A stretch of DNA of 64,000 nucleotides from an uncultured Bacteroidota bacterium (GCA_963703215.1 OY969800.1:3522581-3586580), one strand, 5' to 3'. Shown: positions 23,334-33,471, numbered from the stretch's first letter. A program made the numbers and translations. The notes: generated from the letters alone by a model not told the origin.

Positions 23334-24428
23334 GTGCAGCCGGCGTTTAAAACCAAATTTGGTAAGATAGTTTTGCAAGACTCTCTTGATCTCATGAGAA
23401 ACGAAATCAAAGACGAGTCGGTAGATCTTATTGTAACCAGCCCACCATTCGGTTTGGTAAGGAAGAAAGCTTATGGAAACGTTGACGCTGACAAATATGT
23501 GCAATGGTTTTGGCCGTTTGCCCGTGAGTTTTATAGAATCTTGAAGCCAACAGGCTCGTTTGTGATTGACATAGGAGGTTCTTGGGTTCCTGGTCAACCA
23601 ACAAGAAGTCTGTACCATTTTGAACTACTTATGATGCTTTGCAGGGAAGCGAAATTCCATCTCGCTCAAGAATTTTACTGGTGGAATCCAGCAAAGCTGC
23701 CAACGCCGGCAGAATGGGTGACAGTTAGAAGGGTACGGGTAAAAGATGCAGTTAATACAGTATTCTGGCTTTCCAAGACACCCTGGCCAAAAGCAAGTAA
23801 TCGGCGTGTGCTCGCCCCTTACAGCGAATCGATGAAGGGTTTATTGAAGAATGGCTATAAAGCGAAGATGCGTCCTAGCGGCCATGATATTAGTGACAAG
23901 TTTCAAATAGACAATGGAGCAGCGATTCCGCCCAACCTCTTGGCAATTCCAAACACCGAAAGTAATTCCCAATATCTCAGATACTGCAAAGAAATCGGAG
24001 TAAAGCCACATCCAGCTCGATTTCCAGCGCAACTTCCGGAGTTTTTCGTTAGGATGCTTACAAACGTAGACGATTTTGTCCTTGATCCTTTCGCTGGCAG
24101 CTGTGTTACGGGGGAGGTGTGCGAGAGATTGGAAAGGAATTGGATATGCTGCGAGAACACTGAAGAATATATCAAAGGAGCTATTGGAAGGTTTAATGCC
24201 GATATAAAGATAGCTACCAAGAAAGTGGATCAGATTTTTTACAGAGTATATTCTTCATCTAGTTTGTGGAATGGCGTCAAGAGAGATCTTTTTGATAGAC
24301 TTCCAGAGGATGGTGGAAAGAAACGCATGTCGATATCAAGGGATAAAGACGAAACTCGGCAAGAGAGAAAATGGGTGGAGAAAAAAACTCAATATAAGCA
24401 ATCTAGGAAACCAAAGACAAAGAAGTAA
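23334..24428 (+). CDS. Beta-class amino (N4-C/N6-A) DNA methyltransferase, M.PvuII-like
   Basis: DLIVTSPPF (motif IV) precedes HPARFP and VLDPFAGS (motif I). Confidence 0.92.
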   Translation: MQPAFKTKFGKIVLQDSLDLMRNEIKDESVDLIVTSPPFGLVRKKAYGNVDADKYVQWFWPFAREFYRILKPTGSFVIDIGGSWVPGQPTRSLYHFELLMMLCREAKFHLAQEFYWWNPAKLPTPAEWVTVRRVRVKDAVNTVFWLSKTPWPKASNRRVLAPYSESMKGLLKNGYKAKMRPSGHDISDKFQIDNGAAIPPNLLAIPNTESNSQYLRYCKEIGVKPHPARFPAQLPEFFVRMLTNVDDFVLDPFAGSCVTGEVCERLERNWICCENTEEYIKGAIGRFNADIKIATKKVDQIFYRVYSSSSLWNGVKRDLFDRLPEDGGKKRMSISRDKDETRQERKWVEKKTQYKQSRKPKTKK

Positions 24429-24431
24429 TTT

Positions 24432-25430
24432 ATGCCGAGTCTGCCTGCAAATTTGCTAAATAAGTCCATTACTGATGCCTTGGAAGAAAGCGGAGCCGTC
24501 GCAAATATTATCACCGGTATTTCAAGAAATCCTCGGCAAGTCCTTGTACAAAATGGCCAAAATGTCTTTGAGCTTTGGGTGTACATTTGGACGTTGACTC
24601 ATGGCGGCGGCCAATTCAGACCGCCAGATGAATATCGTGTCCAATTGACAGGGGTGACTCCACCGTTAAACTTGAACCCAAATGGTCCCACGATCTTAAT
24701 CGGTTATAAGCCTGATCTAGGGTGCTTTGCCGGCTTTGATGTGGATCGACATAGACGGTTCTCAACGCATTCTCCCTCAATTCAGATACCTATCACTTCT
24801 TTGTATTCTGCGCTCCAACATGGGTTCGGATTCGCGACCAAAGGTAATAATGAGGTTGCTGTAGGATTCCGGTCTGACCAATTCTTGGCTTATGTTTTAA
24901 ACTCTGATCTTCTACACGAATATGGGGGTGAAGCGAAGATGGCAGATTTGTTGACAAAAGCAGCTTCCCTCCAACCAATTTCAGATCACGACCTAGGAAA
25001 AATAGCAAAGAAACGTCAACGAGTAGTGACCACAATATCTCATCTTTCTCGTGACTCCAACTTTGAGACTAAGGTAAAGAATGCCTACTCACATCGGTGC
25101 GCTGTAACTAGAATGCAACTCAAGTTGATTGACGCTGCACATATTCTACCTGTCGGTGCAGAAGGAAGCGACGACGAAGTTCACAATGGTATTTGTCTCT
25201 CGCCGACTTATCACAGAGCATTTGATCGGTCTCTGATCTATTTAGATGAACAACTTTTCATGCGAATCAACTCTTCAAAGAAACAAGAATTAACTCAGCT
25301 TAGTTTGGATGGAGGCATCACGGATTTTGAGATATGCCTTAATAGAAAAATTCATCTCCCTGCTGACCCGAACCAACAGCCTCTTCTTGATTTAATTCAA
25401 GAAGCAAATAAGTTTAGAAAAATTCCCTAG
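24432..25430 (+). CDS. HNH endonuclease with uncharacterised N-terminal domain
   Basis: AY..RCAVT...LIDAAHI...NGICLSPTYHRAFD (HNH_2-type). Confidence 0.85.
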   Translation: MPSLPANLLNKSITDALEESGAVANIITGISRNPRQVLVQNGQNVFELWVYIWTLTHGGGQFRPPDEYRVQLTGVTPPLNLNPNGPTILIGYKPDLGCFAGFDVDRHRRFSTHSPSIQIPITSLYSALQHGFGFATKGNNEVAVGFRSDQFLAYVLNSDLLHEYGGEAKMADLLTKAASLQPISDHDLGKIAKKRQRVVTTISHLSRDSNFETKVKNAYSHRCAVTRMQLKLIDAAHILPVGAEGSDDEVHNGICLSPTYHRAFDRSLIYLDEQLFMRINSSKKQELTQLSLDGGITDFEICLNRKIHLPADPNQQPLLDLIQEANKFRKIP

Positions 25431-25582
25431 TCCGGCCCGGCCTAACAGGGTGCATCTCAAAGAAAAAGGTCTATAACCCTTTTTCGTAGCTTATCAGGCT
25501 GGGGCTTCGGCAAGCCCCTCCCCTGCTTCTAACGGAAAACTTTATTAATAATCACGCCATTTGTATAAACTCATTTCTTTAC

Positions 25583-25615
25583 AAGCTGTGCGACAGTTAA
25601 ACTGTCGCACAGCTT
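25583..25615. terminator. Perfect 15-bp inverted repeat (terminator or REP-like) between convergent genes
   Basis: AAGCTGTGCGACAGT-TAA-ACTGTCGCACAGCTT. Confidence 0.55.
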
Positions 25616-25650
25616 TCGGTTTTGGAGTTAAACTCCAGAACAGCTGAGTT

Positions 25651-25959
25651 TCAAAATATCGTCAATACAATCCCGCCTGACGCTATAAGAATCCCCGCTA
25701 TCAGCGTCGGGAGACGAAGTGTCTCATGGAAAATGATTACCGAAACGACTTGAGACACTACGAAGAATACGGCGATGTAAATTCCAAGGAGCCGTCCGAA
25801 ATCCCACTTCGGGATATTAACAAACACGCCGTAAGAAAAAAGTGCGACCGCACCCAGGAGAAAACCGAGGATACGGCCGCCCTTCAATCCCCATCTTACT
25901 AATGCGTCTCCTCCGACTTCCAACAGAGCCGCCATGGTCAGGAATGCTAATTGACGCAA
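25651..25959 (-). CDS. Small 4-TM membrane protein (YnfA/DMT-like)
   Basis: AALLEVGGD, FGRLLGIY; four hydrophobic segments. Confidence 0.7.
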   Translation of the reverse strand: MRQLAFLTMAALLEVGGDALVRWGLKGGRILGFLLGAVALFSYGVFVNIPKWDFGRLLGIYIAVFFVVSQVVSVIIFHETLRLPTLIAGILIASGGIVLTIF

Positions 25960-26051
25960 ATTAAACCTTTCATGTAAATTGATTTCCTCAAAGAATCCAC
26001 TTTATCCGCCAAACGGAATCGGTCCGAAGAGATGGTACCCGAGCAGTAACC

Positions 26052-26405
26052 TCATTTTGTTAGTTGATACCATTGCGAAAGACTCTGATCGAGCTCTTCC
26101 TCTTCCACATCGACAACCTTCTCGATGGATGACACGGTAATTTTTCCGTCGGATGGAATTCCAGATCGCGCAGTGGAAAGAGCTGTGAATATCACCGGCT
26201 CAGTGAGTGAATTAGGGACAGTGAGCACCAACGCAGTTTTTGGAGTAATTATGATCTTGTCATCCAATTTTTCGAGATCATCCCCGATCGTGTTGTCAAT
26301 AGATCTCGATTCGTTCAGGACGATCCCGTAGATGCCCATGCTATGGAGTGCTTCGCAAACACCGCAAATCTTTTCGGGTCTAATACAAATCTCTATCTTT
26401 TTCAT
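26052..26405 (-). CDS. Divergent P-II family protein
   Basis: MKKIEICIRPEK, PK, TARSGIPSDGKI; T-loop degenerate. Confidence 0.75.
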   Translation of the reverse strand: MKKIEICIRPEKICGVCEALHSMGIYGIVLNESRSIDNTIGDDLEKLDDKIIITPKTALVLTVPNSLTEPVIFTALSTARSGIPSDGKITVSSIEKVVDVEEEELDQSLSQWYQLTK

Positions 26406-26571
26406 AATGTGATAAATATGACTATCAGGAAGACCATGATGCAATCAAGAAAGTGTAAAAATGGAGCCACAAATGATAAAGGGATTATAAAAATCGTAAA
26501 TTGAGCCCATGATAAATTCTTATTAGATTAAGGCACTGTGCAGTTTTTTTGCTGAATCAGGAGATCACGAA

Positions 26572-26770
26572 ATGTCGTTTGGAATGTTGATAATAGTTTC
26601 GGTCGTTGCAGGATTTGTCGGGGCTATGAGCGGTATGGGGGCGGTGTGATACTGATATCAGGGTGATGGCATCGATGTTCTTCTTCGCGTTTGAAGAAAG
26701 AAATTACAAGTACACAATTTTCACTGCCCTGGTATTCGCCGTACTGACCTACAGCCTTTTCTTGCGGTGA
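26572..26770 (+). pseudogene. Remnant resembling a TauE/SafE exporter N-terminus joined to a membrane-protein C-terminus
   Basis: RBS then MSFGMLIIVSVVAGFVGAMSGMG followed by an early stop; hydrophobic tail fragment follows. Confidence 0.45.
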
Positions 26771-26838
26771 AATCCAAAGCACAACGGCTAAGATGTTTTG
26801 CTACGTGGCGACAAAAGAGGTGATGGGAAAATATTCCA

Positions 26839-28332
26839 CTATTTCAAATTCATTATATGGTCTTCAAATATTTTTCTGAAATGGAATCCGTAGATGGAAA
26901 ACGTAATTGCCATCGGAAAAAGCTGCGGCCTGGTAAAGAGCGACCAGAAAAATAATCGCCAGTAGTAAACCCTTTCCTCCTCAATTATCCCAAGCCGCAC
27001 GATAGATCTGAACAGCGCTTTGATGTCGTCGAAATTTATGCGGAAAACTTTGGCTTGTGTCGGTTTGTAATTCCGCATGAAATTCTTTACGCGAGCGTAA
27101 TATTGCTTCGGAGAATAAATCCTCTTTACCACGTTCTTGTACCCCTTCAGAAGCGCGTCTCTGTTCATCTTCGGGATGAAGTTCATGGAGAGGTCGGTAT
27201 TGTCTCCAGAAAAAACCCGGAGCAATCTACCTTCATCTATCATTCTCTTGTAGAGTTTCGTACCGCGCGGCGCGTTCAGAAGTCCGACCATGGCAGTGAC
27301 TATTCCAGTATCCTGGATAAACTTTGTCAGTTTATCGAAGATGGACGCAGGGTCGACATCGAAGCCGAGTATGAATCCGCCCTGCACTTCCATGCCGAAT
27401 TTCTGAATCTTCTTAACACTCGCGACAAGGTCACGGCGTTTGTTGGGGATCTTCTTGCACTCTTCGAGGCTCTCCTCGTTAGGCGATTCTATTCCAACGA
27501 AGACCGCTTTGAACCCAGCTTGCGCCATCATTGTCATTAGCTCTTCATCGTCGGCGGTGTTCAACGAAACTTCGGTATTGAAATAGAACGGGTGTCTATT
27601 TTCTTTCATCCATTCGATTATCGGAGGAAGAATTTCCCTCTTCAATTTGTTTTTGTTCCCTATAAAGTTGTCATCTACAAAAAACACACTTGCTTTCCAG
27701 CCGCGTTCATATAATCGGACAAGCTCAGCGATGACTTGCTCTTTGGTTTTAGTGCGCGGCACTCTGCCGTACAAAACCGTGATGTCGCAGAATTCGCAAT
27801 CATACGGGCAGCCCCGCGAGTACTGAAGATTCATTGAGGCATAATTCTTGAAACTAATCAACTCCCAAGCCGGAATCGGAGTCTTTGTCAGATCAGCCCA
27901 CTCGGTGGTTGTGTAGATATGCTGTGCTCTTCCTTCCGCCAAGTCGGATAGAAATGGTTTCAAAGTGATTTCGGCTTCGTTCAGGACAAGATGGTCCACT
28001 TCGTCGAATTCATCATGGTGTGCAGTGAAGAGCGGTCCTCCCCCAACGATTTTTTTATTGAGTTCCTTGCATCTACGAATTATCTCCTTCGTGGATTCTT
28101 TCTGAACCGACATCGCACTTATGAAAACATAATCGGCCCGGAGAATATCCTCATCTCGCAACAGCTCGATGTTCAGGTCGACGACCCTCTTCTCCCACTC
28201 TTCGGGAAGCATCGCGGCAACTGTAAGCAGCCCCAACGGCGGAAACGCCGCTTTTTTAGAAATGAATTTTAGCGCATGCGTGAAGCTCCAGAAGGTGTCA
28301 GGATACTGTGGATACACGAGAAGTATTTTCAT
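26839..28332 (-). CDS. B12-binding radical SAM protein (DUF4070-type)
   Basis: PPLGLLTVA, SRGCPYDCEFC, FVDDNF. Confidence 0.92.
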   Translation of the reverse strand: MKILLVYPQYPDTFWSFTHALKFISKKAAFPPLGLLTVAAMLPEEWEKRVVDLNIELLRDEDILRADYVFISAMSVQKESTKEIIRRCKELNKKIVGGGPLFTAHHDEFDEVDHLVLNEAEITLKPFLSDLAEGRAQHIYTTTEWADLTKTPIPAWELISFKNYASMNLQYSRGCPYDCEFCDITVLYGRVPRTKTKEQVIAELVRLYERGWKASVFFVDDNFIGNKNKLKREILPPIIEWMKENRHPFYFNTEVSLNTADDEELMTMMAQAGFKAVFVGIESPNEESLEECKKIPNKRRDLVASVKKIQKFGMEVQGGFILGFDVDPASIFDKLTKFIQDTGIVTAMVGLLNAPRGTKLYKRMIDEGRLLRVFSGDNTDLSMNFIPKMNRDALLKGYKNVVKRIYSPKQYYARVKNFMRNYKPTQAKVFRINFDDIKALFRSIVRLGIIEEERVYYWRLFFWSLFTRPQLFPMAITFSIYGFHFRKIFEDHIMNLK

Positions 28333-28473
28333 TTAATGGCCTAATCTTGTCGTAGATAAGGTAACGACTGTTGGCGAGTCGTGCAATGCAAGTTTAAGTC
28401 CGCCTTCCGGCTCAATCACAGATGGTGCGAATGGAATTGGACAATTCCGTCCAAATGGCGCGAAACTTTTCTC

Positions 28474-28520
28474 TTGACATATTCGTAATTAATATATAAA
28501 TTACTTTGTAATTCAAAGTA
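28474..28520 (+). promoter_or_regulatory. Sigma70-type promoter with palindromic operator
   Basis: TTGACA-N17-TAAATT followed by TACTTTG-N5-CAAAGTA, upstream of the membrane protein + wHTH pair. Confidence 0.6.
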
Positions 28521-28539
28521 CTTTATAAAAGGAGATAAA

Positions 28540-29139
28540 ATGGACCAACAAACTGCGATTGAAGAGATAGCCCTTATAAAAAGAGTTATCGAGGAAAGCA
28601 GGGAGTTTACTTTCAATATCGGAAAGAACATCATCGTTTGGGGAATTTTAATAAGCGCGGCGATTTTTGGATCTTATGGAGCGATAATTATGGGCCATGG
28701 CGGTTTGAGCTTATGGATTTGGGCTGCGGCGATAGGAGCCGGTTGGATATTCTCCATAATCGCCGGGATTCGTGAAAAATCAAGAGAGAAGAACCTAGGA
28801 GTCAAAATCATTTCATTTGTGTGGACAAGCTGTGGAATCGCCATGACTATCCTGGGATTTGCGGGGACCATCTCAGGCGGAATCGAAGATTGGGCCGTTG
28901 CTCCGGTAATTGCAACGATCATGGGTACAGGTTTTGCCGGGACCGCATTCGTCCAAGAGTTTAAGTGGGTGATGTATGTGGCCTTAGCCTGGTGGCTCGG
29001 AGCGCTCCTTATGTTTTTCGTAAAAGGCTGCGAGACTCTTCCAATTTTCGGCGTAATGATGGTTCTCTTTGAAGTTGTGCCCGGGATAGTGTTTCACAGA
29101 CAATGGAAGAATAGACAAATAAGCGCCAAAACGAAATGA
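28540..29139 (+). CDS. 6-TM hypothetical membrane protein
   Basis: GGAG RBS, six hydrophobic segments, overlaps the downstream regulator. Confidence 0.75.
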   Translation: MDQQTAIEEIALIKRVIEESREFTFNIGKNIIVWGILISAAIFGSYGAIIMGHGGLSLWIWAAAIGAGWIFSIIAGIREKSREKNLGVKIISFVWTSCGIAMTILGFAGTISGGIEDWAVAPVIATIMGTGFAGTAFVQEFKWVMYVALAWWLGALLMFFVKGCETLPIFGVMMVLFEVVPGIVFHRQWKNRQISAKTK

Positions 29140-29432
29140 TTGACTTCGATTACAAGCAGCTCGACGACACGCTTCAATCAAGGATAAGAGTTGCGATCAT
29201 GGCTGCCCTTGTGAGCGTTGTAGAAGCCGATTTCAATTTCCTAAAAGAAATGGTAAAGACGACCGACGGCAACTTGAGCACTCACCTCCGAAAACTGGAG
29301 GATGCGGGATACATATTGATGAAGAAGAAATTTGTCGACAGAAAACCTCAGACGAAATACAAGGTGACAGAAAAAGGAAGACGTTCTCTTGAAGAACATG
29401 TTAGCGTCCTAGAAAAATTAATTAAGAAATGA
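29136..29432 (+). CDS. Winged-helix transcriptional regulator (ArsR/MarR-like, HTH_34)
   Basis: DFNFLKE...TTDGNLSTHLRKLEDAGYI...RKPQT.Y..T.KG. Confidence 0.88.
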   Translation: MIDFDYKQLDDTLQSRIRVAIMAALVSVVEADFNFLKEMVKTTDGNLSTHLRKLEDAGYILMKKKFVDRKPQTKYKVTEKGRRSLEEHVSVLEKLIKK

Positions 29433-29527
29433 AACCATCAATACTGCAAACGTCAGACAAAAGCCAAGATCGTTGCGTACTCAAGGAAATAATGGGATAT
29501 AGCTTGAAAAAGAACAATATTTGGCTA

Positions 29528-29556
29528 TTGACAACGTAACAGTGTTATGTTATATT
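29528..29556 (+). promoter_or_regulatory. Sigma70 promoter with spacer palindrome
   Basis: TTGACA-ACGTAACAGTGTTATGT-TATATT (17-bp spacer that is a near-perfect inverted repeat). Confidence 0.7.
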
Positions 29557-29569
29557 GTCTTAGAGGCCA

Positions 29570-30227
29570 TTGATGATGGAAAATGAATTGATTTCAAAAA
29601 AGGATTTATTGGAATTGACCGGAATATCCTACGGTCAGCTTTACAGGTGGAAAAGGAAATTGCTGATTCCTGAAGATTGGTTTATCCGCAAGTCGACGTT
29701 TACCGGTCAGGAGACTTTTTTCCCTCGGGACAAGATCGTCTCACGGATCGACAAAATTAAAAACATGAAAGAGGACGTTCTCTTTGGACGAGGCCGCGAA
29801 TATCCTTTCACCGAATCCTGCTGACGTGAAATCCGATAAAGAAAAATTGATAAAAGAGAAAATCGTATCGGAAGTTGCAATGAATATCTTTGTCGAGACA
29901 TTCGGAGAACCTGGCTCATTCGATTTCATAAAAATACTGTTGGTTTACATCCTTGACAAGATGTTACGGTCAGGCGAGATCAGCTCTGATGAAGGGAAAA
30001 ACATGCTGAAGACTTTCGATGAACACTACCCCTCCTTCGAAGGCAAGAATTGCGATTTAATTTTTACGCGGAAGTTGGGCATCTCCACTTGCTTCATGGT
30101 TTCCGCACCAAACCAAATTTATTTCGAGCCCGGCACGAAGGTCGTCAGCATTCAGAGCATTTCAAATTGCATCGAGGAACTAAAACAAAAGCTGTCTAAC
30201 GGAGAAATTGGAAATGGCAAGCAATAG
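29570..30227 (+). CDS. YhbD/DUF4004-like MerR-type HTH protein (apparent +1 frameshift about 29778)
   Basis: [45 protein letters not shown]; the second frame continues ...DVSLDE...RKLGIS. Confidence 0.8.
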
Positions 30228-30900
30228 ACGAAACGATTTACGAATAAACGGGCTCGGCAACTCACCGGGTGGAGCCTATAATTTTGTCCAGATAAACGGC
30301 AAGGGCGACATAAATGGAGACCTCGAATGTGAAGAGCTTCAAATAAATGGCCTCGGATGTATACATGGGAACGTGAAGACAGGTGCCGCAAGAGTCGCCG
30401 GCAAATCCGAAATCAGCGGAAGCTTCAATGGTCAGGAATTAATTATCGACGGCATGACGGAAATCGGCGGTCCAATATCTGCAAACAGGATTGAGAACCG
30501 CGGCATGTTAAAGGTGGGCAAAGACTGCGGGTCAGAGACATTCAGTTCGCAAGGTGGATTCATGATAGGCGGACTTCTCAACGCGGATAAAATCGATATC
30601 GAGATGTATGTCGCTTCCAGCGCGAGAGAGATTGGTGGTGAGGAAATTGAGATCAGAGCGGGCAGCGCATTCGGCTTCAAGAAATTTCTAAATTCAATCT
30701 TTCCTACCTGGCAATTCAATCAAGGACTTTCTGCTGAAACCATTGAAGCAGACAACATCTACCTTGAGAATGCGATGGTTAAGGTGGTACGCGGAAAAGA
30801 CATCAAGATTGGCCCAGGATGTCAAATCGATATGGTTGAGTACAAAAACAGTTTTCATCAAGATCATGGTGCAACTGTAAAACAGAACAAGAAGGTCTGA
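30208..30900 (+). CDS. Bactofilin-like beta-helix protein (YhbE/BacE-like)
   Basis: ING.G...GG, GLLNAD, EIGGE, IE.D.I.LE, V.G..I.IG.GC.I..VEY. Confidence 0.78.
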   Translation: MEMASNRRNDLRINGLGNSPGGAYNFVQINGKGDINGDLECEELQINGLGCIHGNVKTGAARVAGKSEISGSFNGQELIIDGMTEIGGPISANRIENRGMLKVGKDCGSETFSSQGGFMIGGLLNADKIDIEMYVASSAREIGGEEIEIRAGSAFGFKKFLNSIFPTWQFNQGLSAETIEADNIYLENAMVKVVRGKDIKIGPGCQIDMVEYKNSFHQDHGATVKQNKKV

Positions 30901-30912
30901 GAAAAGATTTAA

Positions 30913-31662
30913 GTGAAGATCAACACCAAAGGCGATCTCAAAATCATAGGCGACAGCAGCGCTTCAGGCGGCCATTACAAGAATGCAAGGATAATCGGCG
31001 ACAGCATTGTCAATGGAGACATCGATTGCGTGAATTTCAAATGTGTCGGCAACACGAAGGTTGATGGCAAGCTACATGCAGACAACACGAAGGTGGTTGG
31101 CTCGCTATCCGTAATCGGCTCGATCGAGTCAGACAATATCAGAATCGACGGCAATATTGAATCGTATGGAGATCTAATGTCGAAGAACCTCGTATTGAGA
31201 GGCGGGATGGACGTAAAAGGTGGAGTTACGGCCGAAGACATTCGCTTGATAGGTTACACAACAATAAGAAAAAATTGCGACGCTGAATCTTTCAGATCAG
31301 AAGGGCCGCTTACCATCGTCGGCCTGCTCAACGCAGATGAAATAGATATTAGAATTAACAGCCGGTGTAAAGTCGCCGAGATTGGTGGTGAAAGAATCCA
31401 AGCAAGAAGAGGACACTATCCAAGGCTCGGGAATCTAATAAAATCCTTCTTCATCCCTGCCGACTTATTCAAGGGTAAACTGATAACAGACAGCATCGAG
31501 GGCGATGAAATCCGGTTGGAAGACACGAACGCGAAAATAGTCCGGGGCAAAAAAATTTTTATCGGAGATGGATGTGAAATCGATATTGTGGAATATGCTG
31601 AAGAGTGCCGGATTACACGCAGGTCGTCGGTAAAAGAAAAAAAGAAAATTTCTGCCAGATGA
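30913..31662 (+). CDS. Bactofilin-like beta-helix protein (YhbF/BacF-like)
   Basis: Paralog of the upstream gene with the same motifs. Confidence 0.78.
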   Translation: MKINTKGDLKIIGDSSASGGHYKNARIIGDSIVNGDIDCVNFKCVGNTKVDGKLHADNTKVVGSLSVIGSIESDNIRIDGNIESYGDLMSKNLVLRGGMDVKGGVTAEDIRLIGYTTIRKNCDAESFRSEGPLTIVGLLNADEIDIRINSRCKVAEIGGERIQARRGHYPRLGNLIKSFFIPADLFKGKLITDSIEGDEIRLEDTNAKIVRGKKIFIGDGCEIDIVEYAEECRITRRSSVKEKKKISAR

Positions 31663-31906
31663 CTTCTCCGATTGAAGAAATATTCGCTTCATCATTGCTT
31701 AGCAATAAAGTAATGCAACAATATTGTGGCGTTTTCGTTCGTCATAATAAATTGAAAAGAAGGATAACAGGAACGAGACAGCTATTCTGGTTTTCCTTGC
31801 TTATCTGGACGGTGCAGGTTCAATGTGCAATAAAGTTTCAAACGAAAGATCAACATTCAGAGGCGCATTTGTTGCCAAACTCTAACTCGACAAATCGACC
31901 ATCATA

Positions 31907-32203
31907 ATGGAGAGTATGATGTTGGAACGTAGATCAAAAGTGGGAGCAAACATGATGACAGGAAATAGCATTATTGATACAGAGGCAATCGATTTGTTCA
32001 TTTTTCGGACAAATATTTCGAGGAAAAGAGATTTTGCCCACTTGAAAGACGAATTGGAAAAGAAACCGGGGATTCATTCTTGCACGATCGACCTTGAGGA
32101 CCGCGATAAGGTCCTTCGAGTCGAGTGCGAGAACGTAAGCATCGGTAAAGTTGTTGAGGAAGTAAGCAGTCATGGCTTCTTTTGCGAGGAGCTCGAGGAT
32201 TAA
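31907..32203 (+). CDS. Small HMA-fold-like hypothetical protein
   Basis: FRTNI...IDLEDRDKVLRV...GFFCEELED. Confidence 0.6.
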   Translation: MESMMLERRSKVGANMMTGNSIIDTEAIDLFIFRTNISRKRDFAHLKDELEKKPGIHSCTIDLEDRDKVLRVECENVSIGKVVEEVSSHGFFCEELED

Positions 32204-32250
32204 CATGCGACGGCAAAATTGAAAAATTCTAAGCAATTATCGAGGTAAAA

Positions 32251-33471
32251 GTGGAAATAAAGTCGAATATCCCGTTCACGGGAAATGCGGATTTATCAGG
32301 ACTGAAAATAGACAGATCAATAAAAGAATCTAACCTTGATTCGGGGAAAGGCACGCGGAGATTATTCACACTCGGCATACCGTTGATACTCATAGCGGGC
32401 GCAGTGGTTGCTATTTCGAGAACCGTTTTGGATTCGCCAGTCAGTGTCAAGGCAGTGACTGCTATTAAGCAATCTGTTTCACAGACTGATGCCATGCTGG
32501 CCGCGAGTGGCTACGTCGTGGCACAGAGGAAAGCTGCCGTTGCATCGAAGGCGACCGGAAGACTTATCTACCTCGGGGTCGTCGAAGGCGATAAAGTTAA
32601 AAAGGGCCAAATTATCGCGAGGCTTGAAGACAGCGACGTGAGTGCGCAATTAGATGAGGCAAAGGCAAACCTGGAATTGAGTGAAGTCACACTCGCGGAT
32701 GCAAAATGGAACTATGAAAGAAACCAGAAGCTATTGAAGTCTGGATCCATTACCGAGTTGACCTTTGAAAATTCAGAGACTCAATATAAGAAGGCACAAG
32801 CTTCGGTAGATATCGCGAAGGCAAATGTCGAATCCGCCGAAGTTGCCGTTGAAAACACACTGGTTCGTGCCCCGTTTGATGGCACAGTCTTGACTAAAGA
32901 CGCTGACGTTGGCGAGATCGTGGCACCAATGGCTGGCGGCATCAATTCACGAGGCGCAGTTGTGACAATTGCTGACATGAGCTCACTTCAAGTCGAAGCA
33001 GACGTTTCTGAGTCGAACATTCAAAAAGTACAACCGAATCAGGATTGCCAGATCACTCTGGATGCTTATCCGGACATTCAGTACGATGGATACGTGACGA
33101 AGATTGTCCCGACTGCAGACCGAGGCAAAGCGACGGTGACGGTAAAAGTTGCTTTCAAAAAATATGATGACCGAGTTTTGCCTGAGATGAGTGCAAAAGT
33201 TCTATTCTTGAAAGGCACGAAGGCAAATGCTGGCAACATAAACGAAAGTAAGCCGGCATTAATTGTGCCATCAACAGCGATCATAATGAGAGAAAATCGA
33301 CAGGTTGTTTTCAAGATACAAGAAAGCAAGGCGGTTGAAACCCCAGTTGCAACTGGCAGGAGTCTCGGAAATTATGTGGAAATAAAATCCGGCGTAACCG
33401 ATGGCGACCAAATTATCGACTCGCCAAGCAACGAAGTTAATGACGGCATTAAAATAAGTGTGAAACAGTAA
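32251..33471 (+). CDS. Efflux periplasmic adaptor (MacA/HlyD-like)
   Basis: ASGYVVA, GD.VKKGQ, RAPFDG, ADVSE. Confidence 0.9.
   Translation: MEIKSNIPFTGNADLSGLKIDRSIKESNLDSGKGTRRLFTLGIPLILIAGAVVAISRTVLDSPVSVKAVTAIKQSVSQTDAMLAASGYVVAQRKAAVASKATGRLIYLGVVEGDKVKKGQIIARLEDSDVSAQLDEAKANLELSEVTLADAKWNYERNQKLLKSGSITELTFENSETQYKKAQASVDIAKANVESAEVAVENTLVRAPFDGTVLTKDADVGEIVAPMAGGINSRGAVVTIADMSSLQVEADVSESNIQKVQPNQDCQITLDAYPDIQYDGYVTKIVPTADRGKATVTVKVAFKKYDDRVLPEMSAKVLFLKGTKANAGNINESKPALIVPSTAIIMRENRQVVFKIQESKAVETPVATGRSLGNYVEIKSGVTDGDQIIDSPSNEVNDGIKISVKQ

Noticed and set aside
25440-25446. GCCTAAC after the HNH gene as an isolated attC
   Set aside because: No 11-bp arm, TGAAGCG/GAGCGT motifs or matching GTT end follow
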